A stretch of DNA of 64,000 bases, from NCBI RefSeq assembly GCF_030684315.1, contig NC_081370.1, forward strand, positions 34,428,728 to 34,492,727. Direction: 5' to 3'. The notes beneath the pieces are model-generated. The model worked only from the letters and a program-made list of their open reading frames with translations. It was not told the origin of the DNA and searched no databases. Position 1 is the first letter of the stretch. Each line of letters starts with the position of its first letter. Source of the DNA: Stegostoma tigrinum. Its lineage: Eukaryota. This document shows positions 38,001 through 53,000 of the stretch, one piece after another. The position numbers were made by a program, and so were the translations under genes.

Positions 38001-41000
38001 TCCATCTCAGGCAACCAGCTTGTAACTGATGTCCATTTCAAGCCCACCGACTCCCACAGCTACCTAGAATACACCTCCTCCCACCCACCCTCCTGCAAAA
38101 ATTCCATCCCCTATTCCCAATTCCTCCGCCTCCGCCGCATCTGCTCCCACGATAAGACATTCCACTCCCGCACATCCCAGATGTCCAAGTTCTTTAAGGA
38201 CCGCAACTTCCCCCCCACGGTGATTGAGAACGCCCTTGACCGCGTCTCCCGCATTTCCCGCGACACATCCCTCACACCCCGCCCCCGCCACAACCGCCCC
38301 AAGAGGATCCCCCTCGTTCTCACACACCACCCTACCAACCTCCGGATACAACGCATTATCCTCCGACACTTCCGCCATTTACAATCCGACCCCACCACCC
38401 AAGACATTTTTCCATCCCCACCCCTGTCTGTTTTCCGGAGAGACCACTCTCTCCGTGACTCCCTTGTTCGCTCCACACTGCCCTCCAACCCCACCACACC
38501 CGGCACCTTCCCCTGCAACCGCAGGAAATGCTACACTTGTCCCCACACCTCCTCCCTCACCCCCATCCCAGGCCCCAAGATGACATTCCACATTAAGCAG
38601 AGGTTCACCTGCACATCTGCCAATGTGATATACTGCATCCACTGTACCCGGTGCGGCTTTCTCTACATTGGGGAAACCAAGCGGAGGCTTGGGGACCGCT
38701 TTGCAGAACACCTCCGCTCAGTTCGCAACAAACAACTGCACCTCCCAGTCGCAAACCATTTCCACTCCCCCTCCCATTCTCTTGATGACATGTCCATCAT
38801 GGGCCTCCTGCACTGCCACAATGATGCCACCCGAAGGTTGCAGGAACAGCAACTCATATTCCGCCTGGGAACCCTGCAGCCATATGGTATCAATGTGGAC
38901 TTCACCAGTTTCAAAATCTCCCCTTCCCCCACTGCATCCCTAAACCAGCCCAGTTCATCCCCTCCCCCCACTGCACCACACAACCAGCCCAGCTCTTCCC
39001 CCCCCACCCACTGCATCCCAAAACCAATCCAACCTGTCTCCGCCTCCCTAACCGGTTCTTCCTCTCACCCATCCCTTCCTCCCACCCCAAGCCGCACCCC
39101 CAGCTACCTACTAACCTCATCCCACCTCCTTGACCTGTCCGTCTTCCCTGGACTGACCTATCCCCTCCCTACCTCCCCACCTACACCCTCTCCACCTATC
39201 TTCTTTACTCTCCATCTTCGGTCCGCCTCCCCCTCTCTCCCTATTTATTCCAGTTCCCTCCCCCCATCCCCCTCTCTGATGAAGGGTCCAGGCCCGAAAC
39301 GTCAGCTTTTGTGCTCCTGAGATGCTGCTTGGCCTGCTGTGTTCATCTAGCCTCACATTTTATTATCTTGGAATCTCCAGCATCTGCAGTTCCCATTATC
39401 TCTGACTCAAAGGAAGGTTGTTTATGGTTTGGGAGGCAGCATTTTGAAAGCTGCTGTTGCAGCAAAGTCATAGATTTAGCCAATGAAATCTCAAACTTGC
39501 TACCCTTTCATTTTTCTGTTTTCACATTATGATAGTCGTTATTAAATGAAAATGATTAGTCTGCCAACAAAGAGTGTTTAATTAAAATGCAAGCTAAAAA
39601 TGAAATGTGTAATTTGGATAGTTTTCTATGTCCTCTGCTTGGTATATTTGTTTTACCTTTCTTAACACCTCATCTAGCTTTTTCTTTGCTGGTACAGAGT
39701 GCTTCTGTTACTCCACCCTAACATTTGCGCTGTCTTACTATACTTTGATCTTTGATCTTGGATCTTGTACTGATGTTGCTGATAGCAATTGCCCAATGCA
39801 TTCTGGAGTTTACAGTCAATGGATTCTCGAATGTTTAAAAGGGAAGGGAAGTTCAAAAGTCCTAATTGCTTGTTTGAAATAATCTACTTTTTAAGAGGAA
39901 GTGAGGATCTTGCTTTCAGTTAGTTAATAATTTTTCCAAAATATAGTTTTTTTTTCTGCTAATGTGAATGGTATCAGATGAGCTGTACTGGTAACATGAG
40001 TTATGTTTTAGAGTTTGGTCCACATTTACTCCATTACAAAAGTAGAAAGCACAACTTCAAGTTTACTTGCAGATCCTTTGACATGGCAAAACCATTCTGT
40101 ATCCTTGAGTGCAGATACGTGATTATCTTTGTCATTTCTCATTTGCTCATTTTTAAAAACAAGTAGTTGTGTTTTATTTTGCAATTTCTTTTCTGTGCCA
40201 TTGTGTGAATTCCATCTCTAGTTCCCTTTTCTGTTGCTCTATTATCCTCCTCATCTGTAAACTTCTAAATATTATTTTGAACTGCAGCATTGTTGCCCAT
40301 GACTCTGTTGAAATTGCACATTTTCAGAGAACATTTTTTAATCGTTTTTTTTGAAATTCTTCTTTGCACTTTGCCTATTTATTTTTGTGGTCTCCTGTTT
40401 ACTGTACAACTACCTTTCCGTAAACTCTAAGTTGCCATAGAAGATGTTTTGCATGCACTTGGAGCAGTGAAATTGTAACTGTGTTCCTCATAAAAATGCC
40501 ATTTCTCACTCTCAGAAAAACACTCCACCCTCCAATAATCACTTCATTCAAACACATGCCACACATTGTGTGAATCTAAGTATGCAAGCAGTTCATTCCA
40601 GTGTTAGTGTAAAGAACAGTTTAGTTAATGGTTAGTAGTTACAAAAGTCTCTGTTCTGACTGAATAATTCCATAAGAGAGTTACTGGTGTTGTAATTTTT
40701 AAGGTGGTTTTTGGAAAACTTCAGTGAACCTTAAATTTGAGAATTAAAACAAATAACAATCAATTTTAGAATCAATTGAGGCAAGTTTTAAAACTGGTAA
40801 GAATTTTTAGGAAGTGCAAAAGATCACATGAAAAAAATCCTACTTGACATTGTTTTTCAATTCCTAGTTGCGCCATATGTGTCAGAAATTCAAAAACCTG
40901 TGAAAGTTATACACCGAGAACCTGCAGAACTTACTTGCCAAGTGTCTGGATTTCAACCTAGTGTTATTACCATTGCCTGGTATTTGAAGAGATTGAAAGA

Positions 41001-44000
41001 TGCTGAAATGAAGTTGATTGCTGAATGGCAGGAAGACAACGTATTCCATTTCCCTTTGAGCAAGGCCAAGAAAATAGGAAAGGCTGAAAAAAAGAATGAA
41101 ACTGATGATTGGAAAGTCAGGGCAGGCAGGATCCAGAAAAGTGGTGATGGAACTTTCAGCATTTCCAGCGTTCTCGAGATTTATCCTGACATTTTTATGG
41201 ACAATGAAGCAGAAATCACATGTAAGGTGATACACCCATCTAACAGTGAAGCCATTTGTAAAAAGATCAAACTCCATGTTGATGGAAGTAAGTTTCTTTT
41301 AATGATTCAATCAAAAGACATAATTCTGTGAAGTAGAATATATGGACCCTAATGTTCTAATTGATCACAATTACAGTGTCCACTGCCATCATGGCAGATG
41401 ATGCAAGTGAGCTTCTAAGAGTGTTGTTTTGTATCAGTCTGTCCTGTCTCTGCCTCCATTCTACCGTATTTGCAATATCATATTCCTATTGCTGGCGTAT
41501 AACTAGAGATGAGGCTGTGACAAAAAATTTTTCTTTTTAAAAAAAAACAGATATTTTTCCCTTTTGTATGAAAGACATCCTGGAATTGTGGAAAAATAGG
41601 GCTGGAATTTAAATCTCTAACTCTTTCCCCAAACAGCTGTTAGCATTTGAAATAAAAGAGATGCTCTAGTGGTACTAATTCAGATAAATAAATACAATCT
41701 AGTGGCTGTAACTGAGATCTAGGATGACCTAGATTGGGACCTAAATATTGAAGTAGCTAGTGAGATGGTTTGTGCATTGGTTTTAATTTTTGAAAACTCA
41801 CTGGATTCAGGGAAAATTCCTTCACATTTGTAAATAGCAAATGTAACTCCCCCAGATGGGCATTTGATGTTTAGGAAGAACACAAAGGTAGGAAAGGAGT
41901 GACTGTTGACAAACATTAAGATTGATAAGTTCCCAGGGCCAGACCAAATTTATCCGAGGTTGCTCCAGGAAGCGAGAAAGGAGGTTGCTAAGCCGCTGGC
42001 GAAGATCTTTGCTTCCTCACTCTCCACGGAAGTCGTACCGGAAGATTGGAGGGAGGCAAATGTTGTTCCTCTTTTCAAGAAAGGGAATAGGGAAATCTCT
42101 GGAAATTACAGACCAGTCAGTCTTATGTCTGTGGTCAGCAAGGTTTTGGAAAGAATTGTGAGGGATAGGATTTATGACTATTTGGAAAAGCATAGTGTGA
42201 TTAAAGGGAGTCAGCATGGCTTTGTGAGGGGCAGGTCATGCCTTCCAAATCTTATTGAGTTCTTTGAGGAAGTCACGAGACAGGCTGACGAGGGTCAAGC
42301 AGTGGATGTGGTGTACATGGACTTCAGCAAAGCATTTGATAAGGTTCCCCACAGCAGGCTCATTCATAAAGTCAGGAGGTATGGGATACAGGGTGATTTG
42401 GCTGTCTGGATTCAGAATTGGTTGGCTGACAGGAGGCAGAGAGTGCTTGTAGATGGTAAGTATTCTGCCTGGAAGTCAGTGCTGAGTGGTGTCCCACAGG
42501 GCTCCGTTCTTGGGCCTCTGCTGTTTGTAGTGTTTATAAATGACTTGGATGAGGAGGTTGAGGGGTGGGTTAGTATGTTTGCTGATTACACAAAGGTTGG
42601 AGGTACCGTTGATAGTATCGAGGGCTATTGCAGGATTCAGCGAGACATTGACAGAATGCAGAGCTGGGCTGAGAAATGGCAGATGGAGTTCACTCTGGAT
42701 AAATGCGAAGTGATGCATTTTGGAAGGTCAAACTTAAATGCTGAATATAGGATTAAAGGCAGGATTCTCGGCAGTGTGGAGGAACAGCGGGATCTTGGTG
42801 TTCAAGTGCATAGCTCCCTCAAAGTTGCCACCCAGGTGGATAAGGTTGTTAAGAAAGCATATGGTGTTTTGGCTTTCATTAACAGGGGGATCGAGTTTAA
42901 GAGCCGCGAGGTTATGCTGCAGCTCTACAAAACCCTGGTGAGACCACACTTGGAATATTGTGTCCGGTTCTGGTTGCCTTATTATAGGACAGATGTGGAG
43001 GCTTTGGAGAGGGTGCAAAGGAGGTTTACCAGGATGCTGCCTGGGCTGGAGGGCTTGTCTTACAAGGAGAGGTTGACTGAGCTTGGACTTTTCTCTCTGG
43101 AGAGAAGGAGGAAGAGAGGTGACCTGATCAAGATGTACAAGGTAATGAGAGGCATGGATAGAGTCGATAGCCAGAGACTTTTCCCCAGGGCAGGATTGAC
43201 TGCCACGAGGGGTCATAGTTTTAAGGTGTTAGAAGGAAGGTATAAAGGAGATGTCAGAGGGAGGTTCTTCACCCAGAGAGTTGTGAGCGCCTGGAATAGT
43301 TTACCAGTGGCAGTCGTGGAAGCAGAGCCATTAGTGACATTTAAGCGACTGCTGGACATGCACATGGACAGCAGTGAATTGAGGGGAATGTAGGTTAGGT
43401 TATTTTATTTTTGGATGAGGATTATTGCACGGCACAACATCGTGGGCCGAAGGGCCTGTACTGTGCTGTACGTTTCTATGTTCTATGTTCTATAGATTAG
43501 AAATAATCTTAGCACAATACATATGAATGACCTAAATTCAGAAAACCAGGATATGGGTACAGATGAGGAACAATGAAGGTAAGAGGTTGCTTGTGGGTAT
43601 TGCGTAGACGTGCACTAACAGTAACCACGTGGTAGGACAGGGTTTCAAGAAAGAACTAATGGAAGGTTGTCAAAACAGTACAGCAATTATTGTGTAGGGA
43701 TTTTAACCTCCTATATAGACTGGAAAAAAATCAAGTGAGAAAATGTAGTCTATAGGAGGAATTCATTGAACGTCTTCAGGATAGTTTCTTCAACCAGTTA
43801 TGTTATGACACCAGTCCGACAGTAGGCTATGCTGCACCTGGTTTTGACCAATGAGATAGGATTAATTATTGATCTCAAAGTGAAAGTTCCCTTGGGTAGC
43901 AGTGGGCAGAATATGATTGTATTTATCATACAGTTTAAGGGAGAGTTTAAACAAGGGCACTTCTGTGGGTATCAATGCAGAGCCTGTGAAAGTGAACTAA

Positions 44001-47000
44001 CAATTTATGTTAAGCTATGTTAAGGTAGTAGAGATGCAGTGGCAAACATTTACAGGGATATTCCAGAAGGTTTAGCATAGCCTGCTGTCTGACCAATGCC
44101 ATAACATACTGATCGAAGAATATATACTTTCCAACAAATAAGAAAAATTTTGTGGGATGGACCCACCATCGTGGTTACTAAAAAACGTCAAACATAATAT
44201 CGCTGCCTTGGAAAAGCAGCTAACATAATCAAAGACCCCTCCCACCTCAGTTATATACTTTTCCACCCTCTTCCATCGAGCAGAAGATACAAAAGTTGAA
44301 AGCACATACCAACAGCTTCAAGAACCGCTTCTTCCTCTCTTTTCAGACTTGTGAACAGACTTCTCATATTAGAGCACCTTCTCTGTAGCTGTGTCACCAT
44401 ATTCTGCATTCTGTTCTATTAATTATTTAAGGTATGATTTGTCTGGATAAATGCAAAACAATGTGACAATAATAAATCAAATCAAATTCAAAGAAAAGGC
44501 ACATAATTCTGCAAAGGTAGCTGGTAGGATGCAAAAAGTATTAAAAGCAACAAAGAATTACTAAATGTTTAATGAGCAGGGAGAAAATGACAATGAGAGA
44601 AAGCCAATAATACAAACAGAATTTTTTTTCAGATAAAAAGGAAAGAGAAACACTAACAAAGTAAGAGTTTGTCCAGTAGCAGATGTGTCTGGGGAATATG
44701 GAAGGGAGAATGAAGAGATGGCAGGCAACTAACTAGGGGATTTTGATTCCTCTCTGATGAAGAGCGTACAAGTAACACTCTGGAAATAGCTGTAAATAAG
44801 GAATTGAAAAGGAGAGAGGAACTCAAAATTGCAATCACCAGGGAGGTAGGACTGAGTTAGTTGTTGGAACTGATTAATTTGATTAGACTGATTATTGAAA
44901 CTGTGAGTTGACAAGGCCCCAAATTATGATCAATTTCATTCTAATGCGTTTTAATGCTAAAGTAGTTAGGGCGACACAGTGGTTTAGTGGTTAATTCTGC
45001 TGTCTCACAGTGCCAGGGACCCAGTTTCGATCCCAGCCTTGGGTGACTGTGTCTGTCTGTGTGGAGTTTCAATGTTCTCCCTGTGTCTGCATGGGTTTCC
45101 TTCAGATGCTTTGGTTTCCTCCCACAGTCCAAAGATGTACAGGTTAGGTCGATTGGCCATGCTAAATTGCTGTGTGTTGTCCAGGGATGTGAAGGCTTGG
45201 TGGATTAGCCGTGTGAATTTCAGGCTTACAGGGTTAGGGTGCAGGAATGTGTCTGAGTGGAATGCTGTTTGGAGAGTTGGTGTAGACTGTATGGTCTGAA
45301 TGGCCTGCTTCCACACTGTAGGGATTTTGAGATGGTTGATGCATTGGTTTTAATTTTGAAAACTCAATGGATTCAGGGAAGATTCCTTCACATTAGAAAA
45401 CAATCAGTGTAACTCCTTTCGTCAAAAAGAAAAGGCGGAAAGCACAAAGTATGAAACTACAGCCCAGTTAGCTTAATGTCTGTCATAAGGGCAAGTGGAA
45501 AAGTTCAAGGTAATCAGGCAGAGCCAGCATGATTTTGTCAACAGGAATCATGTTTAAGTAATTTTATTGGAGTTTTTTGAGGAAGTATAAAGAGGAACCC
45601 ATTGATTTATTGCACTGAGATTTCTAAAAGGCATTTATTAAGGTTAAAAAAAAATGTCAAAGGGGATTGCAGAAGATAAGAGCTCATGATGTAGGGGTTA
45701 CATTAGCATGGATAGAAGATTGCATGGTTACCAGGAAGCTGAGAGGAGGAATAAACAGGTCTTCTTTAGGCCGGCAGGATATCACAAGTGATGTACATCG
45801 AGATAGGTGCTGAGGTTTCAACTCTTAAACGTTTTTGATGAAGAGATTGAAGTTATGGCAGCTAAACTTGCTGATGACACAAAGACCTATAAGGAGGTGA
45901 GTTGTGAAGAGGATCTAAGCATACAAAGAGATATAAATAGATTAAATGATTGAGCAAAGGTCTGTCAAATGGAGTAAAATGTAGGAAAGTGTTATATTGT
46001 CCGTTTTGGTGGAAAGAATAAAAAAACTATATTTAAATACTGAAAGGTTGCCGAGCTCTGAGGTGCAGAGGGATCTGGGCATCCTAATGCATGAATCACA
46101 AAATGTTAGTATGCAAGTACAGCGAGAAATCAAAGCTGATAGAATGTAATGTTTTATTACGAAGGGATTAAATGTAAGAGTATGAAGTAGTATTTCAGCT
46201 ATACAGGTACTGGTATCCAGAGTAGCGTGTTCAGTACTGGTCACCATGTTTGTGGAAGGATGTTAATGAGTTGGAAGCTGTTCATAGAAGGTTTTCTAGA
46301 CCAATACCTGGATTGACCAGATAGCTTTTCTCCCATAAGGCAATGCTCTGGGGTAAAGAAAAATCAGAAATGACTAGATTAAAATGTAGAAGACCCTGAA
46401 GGGATCTGACCAGGTTGCTGTCAAAAAGATGTTTCATTTTGTGGTAGAATTTTGAACAAGGGGTCATAGTTTAAGAGTAAGGTGTTGTACACTAAAACAG
46501 ACATGAGGAAACTTTTTCCCCCTTCTGAGCGTTCAGTATCTTTGGAATAACCTTCCTCAAAAGGCAATGGCTACGGGATCTTCAAGGGTTTTTAATACGG
46601 AGCAAGTTATATCTTTAATTTTTTATCCCTCATGTAATCGTCAGTGGTATGCAAGAATGTAGAGTTGACTTTAAAATCAGGTCAGTCATAATCTTACTGA
46701 ATGGCTGAACAGCCTCAAAGGGTTGACTTGCCTCCTTTTTGTTCCTTGTTTGCATGAGGAAGGTCAATTCAAAGCTTTACCAAATTGAGTTTGATGTGTT
46801 TTTGCTAGGCAAGGGTATAGGAAGAAAGTAACTTCTACAATCTAAGGACATGCCCAAGGCACTTTATACTTCAGAAGTACTTTATTAATTATAATCACTG
46901 TTGTAGGAAGTGGGTTGTGAAGCCAGGATAAATGGATCGTTTTAAGATTCAAATAAGCCATGATTTAATTGGCTGACAGGATGGGCTTATGGGACTGAAT

Positions 47001-50000
47001 TGCTTCCTACTGCTCCCATGTTGCAAACTGGGCTCTGGGTGACATGATGTTTGTTACGTTTTGCCTTTCCTGAATTTGGAATGGCATTTTTACCATGCCT
47101 CCAAATTAGTACAACTGAAAGACAGACAAGAACTCCAGCATGGGTTAGGATGGAGAGCAGACCACTTGAATGATTTCCAAAGAGCTCTAGAAAGGCTGAA
47201 AATAAATGGTCACAACACTGTTTTGATTGCATGTGTTTTGGTGAAAAATGTATGGCTTTTAAAGAAAAACTAATGTTTAGAAGTTCTGTATAATTAAAAA
47301 TGTCTTTTGTTCTTTTCCCTCTTCAGTTCCTCCTAAGTTGGCTCGCATAATTAAGCCGCCTGTGGTGCTGCACAACAGTTCTGTGATGCTGACTTGTCCA
47401 ATAATTTGTTTCAAGCCACGGCCTGTAAAGATCACATGGTATAAAAATGTGCATGGACAGAAAACCCCTTTGCTGGTTTTAGACAATGCAAATGAAAAAA
47501 ATATTTTTCCGGATAAATATTCCCATTATATGAGAAGATTTAATTATTCTGACTGCACTGTCAGTGTCTACAGCACAATACGTTTTAATGCAACAATCCA
47601 AGAAGAAGATAAAAGTCAGTACTTCTGTGCAGTTGAACACATTGGCTTAACCAATCCAGTAGAGGAACAGGTTCAACTTGATGTAAAAGGTAACACATTG
47701 AACACTTAGTTAAAGACAAAATTTCAGTTTCTCTTAAAATGTGGGATCATATTTCCTCTTTCTCTCAGGGTCATGAGTTGGTGGAATTCTCTTCCACAGT
47801 GGAGGCAAGGTCCTTGAATATTTCTAAGGCAAAGTTACACAGATTCTTGACTGACAAGGGAGTCAAAAGGGTATGGGAATGTGGGGAAAGCAGAGTTGAG
47901 ATCACAACAGATTAGCAATGATCTTAAGAAATGACAGAGCAGATTCTCGGGGCTGATTGGTATACTGTGGCTCCTAATTCATGTTTCTTTTTATCAATGT
48001 GAAGAATTTCAATACTAGAAAACAGCACAAATTTCCATTCTAGGATTAAGCACTTCCAAGTTTTCAGTTGAGAGTTTGTGACCAGCTATTGTAATCTGGC
48101 AATTTCTTAAATTAGTTATCTGTCATGTCCCCTCTGGGTGAAATTATTCAGTGCGTCAGCTTTAGATCCGTGTTCACTAAAAATTGCATTGAGATAACTT
48201 CAAGTTTGCTCATGTAGGATACCTGTTAGACATTAAAATGAGTTACATTAATCCTAACATTTTGAATGTTTTGAAATCTAGTTACCAAGGATGAAAGAAT
48301 AATATGTCGAGTCATGGAGCCACAATTTGATTAAGAAGTACTCTACCTAGCCATCACTGAAAATGAGAGTTCTTCATAACAGGCAATATGTATGTGAATG
48401 TATGTATGAGGTGATGTTCTAACACTTTGTATTTTCCAGCTTTTCCTTCTCTTGATGCCATCCTAAGTGATCCTGTGAACCCTGTAATTGGAGAAATGTT
48501 GACTCTGACCTGCAGAGTGCATTCATTTTATCCTGAAAGTATTACTGTCCACTGGTTGAAAGATGATGTTATAGTGGAATCAAAAACACCTAAAACTGAT
48601 CTAAATTCAAAGCATGAGTTGCACGAATTTATCAGTTCATTTACAATTACTCCAACTGTATCAGACCTACAGAGTAAATATAAATGCCAGGTTGATCACG
48701 AGAGCCTTATGTATCCAAGATTTGCAGAATACATTCCTGAAAATTTAGGTGAGTTTATTCTTATTTAAAAGCATTTCTGCAATATAGAAATGTTTGTTTT
48801 ATTTACAAGTCAACTATATCGGTTTCACATTTCTTAAAAAGTATTCACAGAAATTAATATTGTTTCCCCGGCCAGGACACTTGAATTTAAGAGTTAGTCA
48901 GCTGTTTTTAGTGTGCAGAACAGTCACTGGAATTTAGAAGCATTTTAATGATACAGAATAGTTCGGCCACTTTGACCACCCAAATAGGTTTGTAGCATAA
49001 TTTCACTTTCCTAAAGTTATCAAGAGAGAATTCCAGCTAAGACACAAGTTATACTGATTTGCCATATTACTCATTCTATGGTAAAATTAAATCACTGTCA
49101 TCAAAATGAAATAACGTTTTAATGTTAGTGGTGTATTTTTGTGACATTATGTTCTCTAGATCACTTGTTTATGAATTTTAAACATTGAAAAGCTGCATGT
49201 AAAATATTTCAGGCAAAGAGGAAGGGGTGATAGGACAAAACCGTGTGCAAGAAAGTTTAGTTACATTGTTATACTGGTCATATTAAAGATAGAGCTAGCA
49301 TCACAGAAATGGCAGGGACGAGCGCATTACCTTATTTCTCAAAAACATCAATGAGGTTGTAGGACCACTTACAGCACGATGAATGCACAGGTTCAAGAAG
49401 GCAGCTCGGACTACTTTCTTGGGCAATTGAGAGTTCTTCCTCTCACCCATCCCTTCCTCCCACCTCCAAGCCGCACGTCCATTTCCTGCCTACTAACCTC
49501 ATCCCGCCCCCTTGACCTGTCCGTCCTCCCCGGGGTTAGTGTCATCCAGTTTCAGGTGATGTGCCAGTATCCTGGTGACAGTTCTTAGGATGATTGAGCT
49601 TCTTCCAACATTGTTTCTTTATAAGCTGAGCTATTCTGGTGCTAAAATGTAACTTTTATTTGGAAAGGAAATATTTTTTGTGAGTTTTTGTCATAATAAA
49701 CTAGCCAAGAGAATTGAGTTAACATAATATACTAAGTCTTTTTTGCATATAAATGTAATAGTATTAGTAGCCCACATATTTGTTGCTTTCCAATTACTAA
49801 ATTGAATAAATTTAAAATAGACTGTTGCATAATTTTTGATACTGATGTCTGAAATTAAAACCAGAAAAATGTATTTCTTAATATTTTTCTTGATTTTAGT
49901 GTCCCATCCTACAGTATCTGAAATTACATGCAGTCCTGACATCCCTGAAGTAGAGAAAGAGTTGACTTTAACCTGTACTATAAGTGACTATTATCCAAAT

Positions 50001-53000
50001 GATATTCAAGTTGAATGGTTCAGAAATGAGGTGAGAATTAACAGTAATGTAAGCCATGAAAAAATTGAGGAACAATCATCCTGTAAAGATGGTCTGCACA
50101 GCAAAGTCACCATGGTAACTTTAACACCGAGTACAGATGATCATCAAGCTGAATATAGAGTCGAAGTTTGCCATTCAAAATCTTCAACCAAACCAATTAA
50201 GAAGAACTTCCAGTTAACCCTTAAAGGTGAGTTAAAAGTATTCTGTTTGATTAAATGAAATAAGACTGTAAGACAAAGGAGTAGAAGTAGGCCGTTCACC
50301 CTATTGAGTCTGTTCTACCGTTGCATCAGATTGATGTGATAATCCTCAAATCCACGTTACTGCCTTTGCCCCATAACCCTTAATTCCTTGCTGATTAAAA
50401 TTCTGCCTAACTCAGTCTTGAATATACGTCATGACCAAGATTCAATAGCCCTCTCTGGTAAAGAATTCCACAGAATCGCTGCCCTCGGAAGAAATTGATG
50501 TTTAAAGGTTATGCTCTCCTGTGCTGTGCACTCCCACAAGGTGAAACAGCCTTTGGCATCTGCCCAGTCAAGTCCCATATGATTCTTCAATGTTTTAATA
50601 AGGTCGTCTCTCGTTCTCCTATATTTTAACAATCACAGGTCCAATTTATTTAATCTCTTCTCTTAAGGTAGACCCTCTATACCTGGTATCAGCCCAGTGA
50701 ACCTTTTCTGGATCGTCTCTAATGCAAGTACATCTTTCTTTAGATAAGAAGCACAAAACTGTTCACAGTATCCCAGCAGTGGTCTGACTCATGCTGTGTA
50801 TAGTTTTAGCAAAATCTTCACACTTTCATACTCCATTCCCTTTGAAGTGAAGGCAGACATTCCATTTGCTTTCTCTATTACCCCCAAACTTGGATGCTAA
50901 TTTTTTGGGATTCACGGACAAGGTCTCGCAAAACCCTCTCTGTTCTATAGCTTTCTGCAGTCTTTCTCCATTAAAATAATATTCACTACCTCTATTCCTC
51001 CTGCATAACCTCTTATTTCCCCATATTATATTCCACCTACTAAGTTAGTATCCTACTCGCTTAACTTGTCTATATCCCTCTGCAGACTCTGTTTTCCTCA
51101 CCATTTGCCTTCCCATCAATTTTGTGTGAGCTGCCAGCTTGACTGTAGTATAAACATGTATCTCATCCAAGTCATTAAAATATATTTTAAGTAATTGCGG
51201 CCTCAGCACTTATCCCTGTGGCACACCACTGGTTAGAGGTTGCCATTCTGAAAGTGACCTCTTATCCAATACTGTCTTCTTTTTAGATGGTCAATCCTTT
51301 GTCCGTATTAATATGCCACTTCTAAAATCATGGGCTGTTATTCAGTAGATGTGGTACCTCATCAAATGCCTTCTGAAAGTAAAAATATTTTATACCCACT
51401 GCTTCTGTTTTTTCCTTCTCCTGCTTATTTCTCATCCAATAGTTACACTAAATTTTGTCAGACATGATTTTCCCCATCAGGAAACTGTGTGGACTCTGCT
51501 TGATCGTATTATATATTTTAAATGTTTTGCTATCACATCCTTTATTATAAATGTTTATAATACATGTTCTCAATTATAGATGTGAAGCTAGCTATCTCCT
51601 TCCCTTTCGAAACAAAGTTGTTTTCTAATCCTCTGGGACTTATGAAGAGGTTTAATTGAACTGCACTTGAAATGCTAAAACATTTTAATTGTACCGTTAT
51701 ATATTTCTGTCCCTTTCTTTGTTCTGAATAAGAATAACTGAATTCGTCACAGGTAATTGTTTTTAATTAATGTTATTGTGAAGTTGGTGACATGGTGGTT
51801 AGCACTGCCGCCTCACAGCACCAGGGTTCTGGGTTTGATTCCCTTGTTGGGCGACTGTGCAAACTCCACACTGATATTCTTCCCGTGTCTGCGTGGATTT
51901 CCTCCCACAGAGATGTACGTGGTAATTAATGCTAAATTACCCATAAGTGTCCAGTGATGTGCAGCTTGGTGGATTATCCATGGAAAATGCAGGGTTACAG
52001 AGCTAGGGTAGGGGTGTGGGTCTGAGTAGGCTGATCTTCAGAGGGTCGGTCTGGATTCGGTGGACCGAATAGCCGTTTCCACATTATAGAGATCCTGTGA
52101 TTCCAAGTATCCTAATCATGCAACAGTTAGTCAATGTTAGTAACTTTTTCTGCTTTGCTTTTGGCTTGTGAAGGTGAGCAAAGTATGTATGAACAAGGAA
52201 AGGTTTGCTTACTTCTGACTGGTATGTTTAATGCCCAATATGAAGTGAAAATCTTACCATGACTTCTTATAATGCAATGGCATTGTCATCATTGCCATCA
52301 GGGACGCCAAGAGACAATACCAGACTAACCGTATGAACACATGTCAACTGTGGGCAATATTTATATGATCTAACAGGCTTCAAAGCAAAGTCTAATAGAA
52401 TCGCCGACAACAGTGCATCCCTCCCCGATGAGCTCAATGCATTCTACGCTTGTTTTGAACAGAGGCTCAGTGAAATGATGTCACCTGTCCCAACAGCTTC
52501 AGGTGCACAGGTACGTATAGTCACCACCTCGGGCATCAGATCAGCTTTCTTGAGGATGAACCCTCAGAAAGTGACTGACTGGGATAGAGTCCCTGGCTGT
52601 GCACTCAGATCAGCTTTCTTGAGGATGAACCCTCAGAAAGTGACTGACTGGGATAGAGTCCCTGGCTGTGCACTCAGATCAGCTTTCTTGAGGATGAACC
52701 CTCAGAAAGTGACTGACTGGGATAGAGTCCCTGGCTGTGCACTCAGATCAGCTTTCTTGAGGATGAACCCTCAGAAAGTGACTGACTGGGATAGAGTCCC
52801 TGGCTGTGCACTCAGATCAGCTTTCTTGAGGATGAACCCTCAGAAAGTGACTGACTGGGATAGAGTCCCTGGCTGTGCACTCAGATCAGCTTTCTTGAGG
52901 ATGAACCCTCAGAAAGTGACTGACTGGGATAGAGTCCCTGGCTGTGCACTCAGATCAGCTTTCTTGAGGATGAACCCTCAGAAAGTGACTGACTGGGATA

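Larger units (their letters stand above)
36044..39402. mobile_element. Young Penelope-like retroelement in fold-back configuration with 13-bp TSD
   Basis: TSD tgactcaaaggaa at 36031-36043 and 39403-39415; 36044-37387 is the near-perfect reverse complement of about 38019-39363. Confidence 0.93.
43530..46755 (+). mobile_element. Old degraded CR1 LINE hosting younger insertions
   Basis: Decayed endonuclease and RT motifs (gctgatgacacaaag near 45870) and a 3' tail near 46680-46750. Confidence 0.65.

Noticed and set aside
36051-39356. Numerous overlapping Pro- or Gly-rich ORFs on both strands
   Set aside because: Alternative frames of the C-rich PLE and its inverted copy.
41906-43393. Active or domesticated reverse transcriptase gene
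   Set aside because: 5'-truncated CR1 with no endonuclease domain and the catalytic motif changed to FADY.
41760-45420. Local duplication (about 41760-41850 vs 45328-45415)
   Set aside because: Both look like pieces of the same old CR1 family, and similarity does not extend into unique sequence.
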